From: Zygnema circumcarinatum SAG 698-1b | Lineage: Eukaryota > Plantae > Zygnematophyceae | DNA length: 64,000 bases | Direction of reading: 5' to 3' | Assembly (NCBI GenBank): GCA_037447605.1 | Contig: CM074818.1 | Coordinates: forward strand, 2,306,617-2,370,616 | Shown here: piece by piece, positions 54,094 through 64,000 of the stretch | Layout: each line of letters opens with the position of its first letter | Position numbering within the stretch: position 1 is the stretch's first letter | Program-made: the position numbers and the translations under genes | The notes under the pieces: model-generated | What the model was told of the DNA's origin: nothing | The model's database searches: none | What the model saw: only the letters and a program-made list of their open reading frames with translations

Positions 54094-57000
54094 ATGACTG
54101 CAGGACTAGGGATGGCGGCCCAAAGAGCAAGCGCTCTCCTTCCCTCTCCCTCACAGAGAGACCCCTTCTCTTGCAACTCCGTTGTGAGGAGAGCCTGCCA
54201 CGTGGGATGTAACAGGAACTTCATCAGCTTATGGGCACCTCCTAAGCGTTCAACGGGCAGCAGAGACTCTTGCCTTTCAGCCCAATTGGGGAAGTGGAAG
54301 GAAGGAAGCTCCGCGTGGAGAAGCTTTCGGGGTCTTCAAGGAAGCCATGGAAGTCAGATTAGGGTTCACAAGAAGGTGAAGGTGGTAGCGGCTGTGAAGG
54401 GGGAGGGAGGAGATGGTGGGAATGGCGAGGAGGAGGTGGAGGAGGTAGTCATAGTGGGAGCAGGCGTGGCAGGCTTAGCAACTGCGGTTGCTCTGCAGAG
54501 GTACGCAACATGGAAACCCTAATGTGAAAGAATCCGAATTGCTAAATCTGTATTGACCTGAATGAATCACTGAAATGTGAACGCTTAATCATGTTGTCTA
54601 GCATGTTACTTTCGCCCCTTTCTTTTTTTGCAGAGTTGGGATCAAGGCCATAGTGTTGGAGCAGGCGGAGAGTCTCCGGCAGGGCGGGGCTGCTCTCAGT
54701 TTGTGGGGGAATGCATGGAAGGCGCTGGACGTGCTGGGAGTGGCGGAGGAGCTGAGGGAGGGATTTACTCCGCACACGAGGTGAGAGAGTAGGCCTCCCT
54801 CTCTCTCCCTCTCTCTCTCCCACTCTCTTTGATAAAATTTTGTATCACATTCTATAATATTATGTCAGTTCACACCATGTCACATGGCTACGTGTCTCGC
54901 CATGTAATGATGATGATGTATTGCATTATGGGTTGTGAGGTGGCACCATCATGCCATGTCATGCCATGTGCCTTCATCCCTATGTTTTGTGGTTTCGTTT
55001 CTAATCCGACCTTCACTCGACAGTTTTTCGAGTAGAATTTGGGAGTTTTTGCCGGCCAATGAAATCTGTTAGCTTAACGAAGCCTCGAGCTGTTGAAAGT
55101 TAAAGCTTAATCTTCTGCTCTGGAAGCCTGAAAAAGTATGCTTGTACATCAGTCTGTTGCTGATGAGGATTGTTCCTTTCACTTGCTTGCATGGAAAATA
55201 CAGAGTGGAGATATGCTCGGACAAGGGCCGACTCCTTCGTCAGTTCACAATCGCAGAATGTGTGGATGGGTGCGTCTTTCATTCCCCCCTCCCCTCCCTC
55301 TCCCTCTCCATTTCCCCTTTCTCCCCTCCTCCCCTCTCTCCCTCTCCCTTTCCCCTTTCTCCCCCCCTCCCTTCTCACCCTCTCCCTCCCGCTCTCCTCA
55401 ACTCTCTCCCGTTCTCTCTCGTTGGTCAGCAAGGAAGGAAAGTTATGTACTTGCTTAATAGAGTGAGAAAGCTAAGTTTCATGCATTGTGCTCCTTTCTC
55501 ATCGGAAGTCGAAAGTTTTAATGCCTCTCATTGTTGGAATAATTTCTTTCTTCATTTTAAACGGAGACTATGTTTCTTTCTGTCTTTAAACTTGGAAGTA
55601 AAATTTCCCCCTCATCTTCCTTGCATTGCAGCCCCCACGAGGTCCGAGGAGTCACAAGAAGTGCACTTTTGGCGGCGTTGGCAGACAAGCTGCCACCTGG
55701 CAGCATTCGATTCGCTGCCCGTCCTGCAAAAATCCGCGCCGGAAAATCCTCCACGACTATTGTAGAGCTTGAAGGAGGCGAAACCTTGACCACAAAAGTT
55801 AGTCATATCTGCCGCCCCACCTTTGAGTCTTCAGCAATTTTGTAGGGTTTTAGTGACTCTCCAATCTCTGTTTCCAGCACCGTTGGAGAATTTTGTTCTT
55901 GCATTTTCCTCGGTCGGTAAACGAACTGTGGCAATGTGTGCGCCTGGGGGCAACTTTTTCTAGTTTCTGAAATGGCCCTACTCTGTATCCAAGATGGAAT
56001 TTCATGTTAAAGCGGTCGTGGATGCCGCTCCCGTTGCTGCCTGGGGGCAGGGGGAGGGAGGGAGGGAGGGGAGGAAGGAGAGGGAGAGGAAAGGGGGAAT
56101 GGGGAAGGGGATGGGAAAGGAAAAGGAGAGGGGAGGGTGGAAGGGGAAGAAGGGGGGGGAGAGGAAAGGGGGAATGGAGAAGGGAATGGGGAGGGAGAGG
56201 GAGAGGTGATGGGGAGGGAGGAGGGGAAGAAGGAGAGGGAGAGGAAAGGAGAACGGAGAAGGGGTTGGGGAGGGAGACGGAGAGGGGAGGAGGGAAGGAG
56301 GGAGAGGAAGAAGGAGAGGGAGAGGAAAGGGGGAACGGTGAAGGGGATGGGGAGGGAGACGGGGAGGGGAGGGGGAGGGAGGGGCAGAAGGAGAGGGAGA
56401 TGAAAGAAGGAATGGAGAAGGGGATGGGGAAGGAGAGGGAGAGGGAAGGGGGAGGGAGAGGGGAAGGAGGCAAATTCTCTCTGTTACACTTACCAGAGAT
56501 CTGTGAAGGGTGCTGTGTAGGTGCTCCTTGGATGCGACGGAGTGCGTTCCATGGTGGCGCAGTACCTCGGGCTCGGGCCCGTTAACTACTGCGGGTACGC
56601 CGCCTTTCGAGGGGTGGCGAGGGGGCAGAGGGGGGGGGGAGGGGGAGAGACCATCCGCATGGCGTGGGGGGAGGGGGTGAGGGCGGGCCTCTACGCGCTT
56701 ACAGACACGGACGTGTACTGGTTCACGTGCTTCAACGCGCCGCAGGGTCAGGGCACAACCCTTTCATGCTCATGCTTATGCTCATGTTCATGTTCATGTT
56801 CATGTTCATGTTCATGTTCATGTTCATGTTCATGTTCATGTTGTTCAATGACAAGTTGTTGAAGGTGATGCTGTTGTTGGTGTTGTTGATAAGGATGATG
56901 TTGATCTTGAGCTGTTGCCTCATGCTTCCTGTTGTCAATGACAATTTGTTGAAGTTGAGGTTGTTCAGGTTAAGGTTGATGTTGATGTTGAGCTAGAACT

Positions 57001-57921
57001 TGAACTAGAGCTTGACCCTGAGCTTGATTCTTTAACCGGATCGTCATGTTGAGAGTTCGATCTTGATCTTGAGGCTGAGCATCTTGACGGAATTGACCTT
57101 GATCCTTATCCTCTCTCTCTCTCTCTCTGTTACTCCATCTCCGCCCTCCAGATTTCATCTCAAACTCCAAGTCTGCTTCAAAAGCTACTCTTACTTAACA
57201 ACATTGGATCAATGCTGCAGGTGAAGGTCTTGCAACCAGCAAAGAAGGCTACAAAGAGCTTGCATTGGCTGCTGTTAAGGGGTGGGATTGCGGTGTGGAA
57301 GAAGCCATCCGCCAAACCCCCGCTGACCTCATCTCAAGATCAGAAATTTCGGATCGCTGGACCCTTCCCCTCCCCGGGGCGAGGTGGGGCCGCGGTGGCG
57401 TCACAGTGCTGGGGGATGCCGCACACCCCATGACCCCAAATTTAGGGCAAGGTGGCGGCACCTCATTGGAGGACGCGGTCGTATTAGCGCGGGAGCTTGC
57501 TTCTTGCTGCACAGTTCAACTCCATACAAGTCATGGAGGGTCCAAAATGAGTGCTCAGGGAGGGAGGCAGAGGAAGGGAGCGATGGGTATGGAGGGAGAG
57601 GTGTTGAGAGAGGGAGGAGGAGGGAGTGTGAGTGTGGTGGAGGGAGAGAGAGAGAGGAGGAGAGAGGGAGAGGAGGAGGAGAGGAGGAGAGTGTTGGGAG
57701 ACGCGGGAGCCATAGCGGCAGCCTTGGAGCGGTTTGACACGGAACGGATCCGTAGAACGGCGCCGCTAACTGTGCGGTCCCATGTGATCGGGGCGGTCCT
57801 GCAGTCGGCGTTTCCCCCCATCTGCTTTTTGAGGAACAATGTGTTGGCGCCCCTTGTGATAAAAACGAAGGGGTTCTTGGAACATGCGTTGTACGACTGT
57901 GGGGCGTTGCCTGAACTATGA
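54094..57921 (+). CDS. FAD-dependent monooxygenase (plant MO/CTF2-like, class A flavoprotein hydroxylase), probably with transit peptide; exons 54094-54500, 54634-54780, 55204-55269, 55632-55797, 56521-56746, 57221-57921
   Basis: Motifs VVIVGAGVAGLATA (GxGxxG), LWGNAWKALDVLG, LLGCDGVRS (DG motif), VTVLGDAAHPMTPNLGQGG (GD motif); phases are consistent. Confidence 0.93.
56765..56845. repeat. (TGTTCA)n hexamer microsatellite in monooxygenase intron 5; a similar run lies at ~385-432
   Basis: Directly visible. Confidence 0.85.
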
Positions 57922-59072
57922 AAAAGTTGGTCAACATTGTTATTATTCTTAGTTGGTCAACATGCGCTTATTATTGTGGGGGAATGAAGGCACGAATGAA
58001 GGCATTGATTATTGTTGTTCAACGTGAGAATTTGTGTTGCAAGTTTTGGGGAGGGGTTCTATGGTTATGATTTGCTCAAGCAGTTGCAAATTTGTTCAAT
58101 AATGTGAACGGAACTGCCGCTGACAGAGAAACGGGTGTTCTATGTGCATAAATTGTGGCTAGTTTGGAAGTTGCCAGTTCTGTTGCCAGTTCTGTTGCAG
58201 ATGTTCTAATTTCACAAATCATCGGAACTACTTTGTAGTAACCAATCTTTTTAAGTGGGAGGAATCAAAAGTCAGAAACTAGAGAGAATGCCAGTGAACC
58301 GTGAGACAGGGCTCTCACGGGGTTTTCCCCTTCACCCCCCCCCCCCCCCCNNNNNNNNNNCCCCCCCCCCCCCCCCCATCGAAGCTCACACGGCACATGC
58401 ACATGCACATGCACATGCAGGACCGGGAGCGGGGACAGTCCCGGCCGGTAGGAAAAAAGTAAACGGATTGAAAATTTTCAGCTTGGGCAGCCCGAGGGTT
58501 AAATGACAGCTTCTGATTGGTTAGAATCCTTTTGTTCCTGACTGCTCGTCCTGCCCATCGGTCAACCCGAGAATATCTCTTCTTTATGAAACGTGTCGAG
58601 GCGTAAGTGTGCCACGTGACAGAAACTGACACAACTGGAAACTGCGACTTCCATGTGCAAGAGCGTCATTGTACCTATTTGCCAGGTACCACGTGGCTGG
58701 CTCTCACTCGTCTAAAACTTTTAGCCAATCAGAGTTTATTTGTACTCGTGTCGAATTTGCAGTAGACGAATGGTTAACTGCCACGTGGATCAGCAAGAAC
58801 TCTGGCAAATAAACCGTATGGACGGTTTTGTAGCCGCGGTTAGAGAGAGGAAGCGAGAAAGGAGGGAGAGTGAGGGAGAGTAGTGAGGGCGAGGAGTGAG
58901 GGAGTGAGGGAGGGAGAGAGGGAGAGAGAGGGAGAGAGAGGGAGAGAGAGTAGGACGGGTGGTGAACCATTCTGAGAGAAGGGGGGAGAAGGAGGGAGAG
59001 CGAGAGAGAGAGAGAGAGAGGCGGGAAGGGAAAGGGTAGCATAGGGTCTCAACCGGGAACGGAACTGCAGTC

Positions 59073-59958
59073 ATGGAATCTGCAGCGAAGCCGAAGCAGT
59101 CTGCTTATTCGAAGTCAGAGCATGTGCATGGAAAGATGTTTACTTTGGTCATGATGCTGTCGCTGCTGCTGCTCTGCCCGCCCTTTGTCATCGGACTGTA
59201 AGCAATTTGTACACTATGTTCACACCAAAAATGGGATTTTTCGGGTGAGGGAATGCTTGTAGGGTAGGAGAAGTCGGATGGGGTCTTAATAAACCTTTAG
59301 CGACGTGTAATACATGTTGAAAGTGACTGGTGGCACGCAATTAAAGGTGAAGCTGGAAGGAAGGAAGTACTCGGAGAATTGAGAGATATTAGGAGAAAAT
59401 ATAAACGGAGGGCTTGTTTCTGGGGATGTAAGTGAATGTGTAATAAGAGATCCTAAGAATGAAAGAATGAAAATTTTAATTCTCAAGGTGCTCTTTGAGC
59501 TCGGCTGTTTAATGCAGATCTCTATCAGACACCAGAAAAATAAATCCTTAATCGCTTACGAAACTCTGCTTCAGAAAGGCACCCACTTATGAACCTTCTC
59601 CTCCTCCTCTCCTCCTCCTACACCTCTCAAGCAAACCTATGAACTCTAATTCTCAAGATACCTTAAAACCTTAAAGTAGTGCGTTCCTGCCCCAATGCAG
59701 GTGGTTTGTAATGACAGAAATGAAGGGCTCAGTGGTCGATTTTTTCGCCTTTGTGAGAGAGAGCGGAGTGGCGGGCCTCCTGGCGGCCTGGCCTCCTGCA
59801 AGCGCCACCGCCTGGAAAATTATCGGAGCGTTTGCCGCGTTTGAATCTCTCCTCCTGCTCCTCATCCCGGGGAAGGAGTGGATTGGGCCCGTCTCTCCCG
59901 CTGGGATTCGCCCAATTTATTGGGTACGTCCCTCTCTCTCTCTCGTTCTCCCTCGTTT

Positions 59959-60004
<46 letters not shown>

Positions 60005-61176
60005 TTTTTGTCTCGCTTTCCCCCTCGGTCTCTCCAATTTGGCAAGTTCTTTCCATGGAAGTTGCAGTACAGGCATTTTGCGGGTGCAGATGAATGGCGT
60101 GCAATCGTATTTCATTAGCATTGCGACATATTTGGCAGTATGGAGGTGAGAGGAGCTGGTAGAAATGAGGGGAAAGGGAAGAGAGAGAGGGGAGAGAGGA
60201 CTGCATATGATTCGAGCTGCTTCAGTCTTATGTACGATCCATGGGGCTGCAACCATCAGATCTCTTGCAGAATTGAAATTGGTTTTTTTCAAAAAAAAAA
60301 AACAGTTGTTATGCAATTACGTTACTGCCAATGCAGCCCATGAAAGGTCACTTTGAGATTAAACTGTGGGGCCGTTTCCATGTGTTGGTCAAAGGCTGGG
60401 ATGGTTCGACCCCGGCGTGGTGTACGACCATCTCGGAGAGATTTACCAGGCACTCATTATCGCTGCTTTCGTGTTCTGTGTGGGCTTATACATCAAGGTC
60501 AGTTTCAGTTCTACTGTTTACCAACATGGAAACACAGATCTAATTATCCGTCGCGTATGCACTGAGGATGGAGCGCCTTCGCTTTATCTCTTCTCTGATT
60601 CTGCACCTTCACATCTCTCTCTCTCTCTCTTTCCTTACTCTGTCACTTCCTTCTCTTCCTCTTCACTCCCGTCTTCTCTCGCTCCCTGCCTCTCCTGCTC
60701 TCCGCCTACCATCAGTCCCACGTCTGAATTCTCCTCCTCTCTTTTCCTTTCCTGTTCTCCTTTCCTCCATCACTCCCTCTCTCTCCCCCTTTCCTCACTC
60801 ACGCCCAATCTCCCCCCTTCCCCCACCCTCTCTTCCAATTCCTAGAGTTGAACCTTAGAAACCCTAAAACCCTAAAAGTTAAACTGGCATAGCGCATATT
60901 TGGGGTTCAGGGCTGGGTGGCTCCTTCTTCCGATGACTGGGGCTCGTCTGGAAATATCATCCAAGACTTCTTTTGGGTAAGCTCATGAAAATCCGTATAC
61001 TTTCGTATATGGCTGAGCGTTCCAATTTCTTCGAAGTGAAATGAAGGGTCAACTTTTTCCAAGAGCGATGAATTCTAGAGAAGAGTTGGTCTCCATTTTT
61101 ACCCATTTTCATGGATTATCCGTACAGAGTGAAGGACAGTGACTGAGAGTGAGAGGGAGAGAAATAGAGCAAAATA

Positions 61177-61210
<34 letters not shown>

Positions 61211-63092
61211 AAGGGGGGGGAGGCAAGCTCCTTATTTTATGGAACGGCGGTTTCAGGGCATGGAGCTTTACCCACGGATTGGGAAGTACTTTGACATCAA
61301 AACGTTCACAAACTGTCGCTTTGGAATGATGTCGTGGGCGCTGCTGCCCATCACTTATGCCATCAAGCAGGTAAGAGAGGGAGAGGGTGAGAGGGAGAGA
61401 GAGAGATAGAAGAGAGAGAGAGGACGAGACCTTTGTTCCAAAAGTGTCTGCAAAAAGGTAGGCTCAGAACTGGGTTCATTTTTTGTCTCTGAAGAGGGAT
61501 GTTATCTGCGACTGAAACTGAAGGTTTGCACGTGTGGTGGCTGTTTCAGTACCAGTTAACGGGGGCCGTGTCGGACTCCATGCTGGTGAGCGTGGGGCTC
61601 ATGTTAGTGTACGTAACCAAGTTCTTCTGGTGGGAGAACGGTTACTGGAACACCATGGACATCATGCACGATCGCGGTAACTTCTTCACTTCCCTTTTTC
61701 GAGAATTAGATATATATATACGTACACACACATTCTTTGAGAACAAGCTCAGCCCACATTGTCGCTGTTATGCGGCTCTTTGCGTGTTTGTGATGTGAAA
61801 GAAAGAAGACAATACATGACATACCCGTGCATTGTATTGATCTCTTCAATCTTTCTCCTTGTCATGATGTCTTTGTTACCCATTGTTGGAATCGCAGCGG
61901 GGTATTACATCTGTTGGGGCTGCCTGGTATGGGTGCCCTCCGTGTACACATCCCCCGCCATGTATCTCGTGCATCACCCCATCCATCTTGGGACTCCTGT
62001 ACGCTCCCTCCTCCCCCTTCACACCCCATCTTGGAAAGTAAACATCATAAGAATTACATAGGCAGAAAGTTTTAACCTGTCGGTCTGCTTCTCTCCCTCC
62101 CCCTCCCGTCTCCCCCCCTTCCTTCTATGGGGAAATGATGGAACTGATGACTCTAGATAATCATCAAAATCATCCATCCTAAGAAACGCGCGTTTTGTTT
62201 GTTTTTGAATGGGAAGGGAAAGGAAAGTTCGCAGATGCAGGGACATGGTAAGAAATTCTTCTGAGATTTGCTTTCTTATTCCTGTCTGTTTCTTTTTGGG
62301 GCCGAATCAGACAGCGGTGGCGATATTTGTTTTGGGGGTGCTAAGCATTTGGATAAACTATGACGCGGACCGACAGCGACAACACTTTCGCTTGACGAAC
62401 GGAAAATGTCTTGTTTGGGGGAGGCCGGCAGTCAAGGTAGCCTTGACTTGACCTGACTTGACTTGACTCGATTCGACTTGACTTGAGGCAACTCAGCTCG
62501 GCTGGAGTTTACTTGACTTGACTTGACTTGATTTGGCTTGACTTGACTTGACCTGACTTGGCTGCGCTTGACTTAAGTCGACTCGACTTGACCAGACTTA
62601 CACTTGGCTCAATCTTTTTTTTTTCGTTTTTTTTTAACGAACAAGTCAGGCAAATTTATTCCTCTGCTTTGGATAGCAGGTGCCCGACTGATGATGATTG
62701 GGCAATAAGTTTTGGTACTTGGGAGAAATAATTGCAGATTGAGGCCCGATATGTCACTGAAAAGGGAGAAAAGAAGGAGAGCCTTCTGCTCGCATCGGGA
62801 TGGTATGATGAAGGACCACTTTTGGCAAATTTATCTTTAAGAATTCTTGTTTTTTCGGCTTTTCGTCCTCTAGCTGGATTGTTCTCTCTCCTTTCTATAC
62901 TTTTGCGTTCTTTGCCATGTCTTTGCACCTTATCTTTCTCTCTCTCTCTCTCTCTCCACCTCTCTCTTCTCTATTCCCTCTCTATCTCACCCCCTCTCTC
63001 TCCTCTATTCCCCCTCTGTCCCTGCCCTCCCCCTCCTCCCCCCCCCCCTCTCCTCCCNNNNNNNNNNCTCTCTCTCTCTCTCTCTCTCTCTC

Positions 63093-63145
<53 letters not shown>

Positions 63146-63787
63146 GACACGCGCAGTATCCATTCTGAGTTCGCAATTGGATGCAGGTGGGGCCTTTCAC
63201 GTCACTTTCACTACGTTCCGGAAATTTTGGCGTCCTTTTTTTGGACGCTGCCCGGGCTCTTCGAAAATGTGAGGATCAAACCTCGTTGCTGCGCTGTGAT
63301 TGGTCCACGCATTGGCCGCTCCAATCAAAGTTGATGGCAGACTCACGCTGTGATTGTCCGATAGATGCATCTTTACATTTTGACCACTTTTTATTCAGTG
63401 CTGAAAGCATTTGCTGTTGTGCCTCTTTTTTCATGTTTGACCTTTTCAGGGCCTCCAATATTTCTACGTGTTTTACCTCACAATTCTATTGTTGGACCGC
63501 GCGATTCGTGATGACGAACGCTGCCGCAAAAAGTACGTCTTAAAAAACCAAAGTTTGACCAAACCAAACTTTGAACAAACCAAAGTTCCTCTGTCAAACA
63601 CTGCGAGTAAAAATTCTGCAGTCGTTCTGTTTGTTGCTGGTTTTGCAACTTCTGTCAATTATAGCTTCGTATTTCGATCGTCTTTTAAGGGGTGTGAACG
63701 GGTGGGGCTGGTGTGAACAGGTACCAAAAATATTGGGATATGTACTGTGAAAAGGTTCCGTACAAGGTCATCCCTTACGTATTCTAA
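59073..63787 (+). CDS. DWF5: 7-dehydrocholesterol / sterol delta-7 reductase, complete, 13 exons: 59073-59197, 59701-59923, 60090-60145, 60395-60497, 60911-60976, 61257-61370, 61550-61676, 61898-61998, 62311-62436, 62738-62802, 63187-63268, 63450-63532, 63721-63787
   Basis: Motifs VYDHLGEI, DFFWGMELYPRIG, FDIKTFTNCRFGMMSWA, FFWWENGYWNTMDIMHDRAGYYICWGCLVWVPSVYT, YDADRQRQ, SGWWGLSRHFHYVPEI, DRAIRDDERCRKKY...YCEKVPY; all phases join. Confidence 0.97.
62445..62595. repeat. Degenerate (GACTT)n pentamer repeat in DWF5 intron 9
   Basis: Directly visible. Confidence 0.85.
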
Positions 63788-64000
63788 AAGAATAAATTCT
63801 GAACTCAACTGGGCTTGGTGATCAGCCCACCATTCTTTCTCTTTACTGGAAATGGAATACCGAAAGGGTGTGTTGCAATAGTTACACTTGTCCACTTTTT
63901 TATTAGCTTGTGGAGGTCCAAACCGAAAGCAGAAATCCTCTAGATCCGCCCCAAAGCCTCTAAGGACAAACCCCAGCTGTAGGGTTCAGGGCCCTGTGGG

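Noticed and set aside
56664-57170. ORFs reading poly-FM / poly-NM / poly-CS
   Set aside because: These are translations of the (TGTTCA)n hexamer and related repeats within monooxygenase intron 5
54094-63787. Monooxygenase plus DWF5 as a sterol biosynthetic gene cluster
   Set aside because: Only two adjacent genes; the monooxygenase lacks features I could tie to squalene epoxidase, and no other pathway genes are present

Overview
This is eukaryotic nuclear DNA from a draft scaffold with two 100-N gaps and eleven 10-N gaps. It has many GT-AG introns filled with GA/CT and GGGA/TCCC tracts, telomere-like (T)TTAGGG motifs and plant-type genes, so it is probably a streptophyte green alga (inference). 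Genes reconstructed by hand from splice sites and reading phase: SG1-like TPR protein (5'-partial), PPC decarboxylase HAL3 (two copies), CMC2, a plastid LON-N domain protein, plastid NDPK2 (partly duplicated), an O-fucosyltransferase-family GT, a DUF3475/DUF668 protein, three EF-hand-less CDPK/PEPKR-like kinases (one is exon 1 only), an FAD monooxygenase and sterol delta-7 reductase DWF5. The most notable feature is a head-to-head inverted pair of six-exon genes encoding a secreted 338-aa protein of the bacterial PstS phosphate-binding family. Several canonical phosphate ligands appear substituted, and the pair sits in a ~6.2 kb palindrome with near-identical gene arms and a degenerate spacer. 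There is also a three-tier nest of non-autonomous transposons with readable target-site duplications. The gap-bounded HAL3 and NDPK duplications are probably assembly artefacts. Family assignments come from motif recognition and no database search was run.
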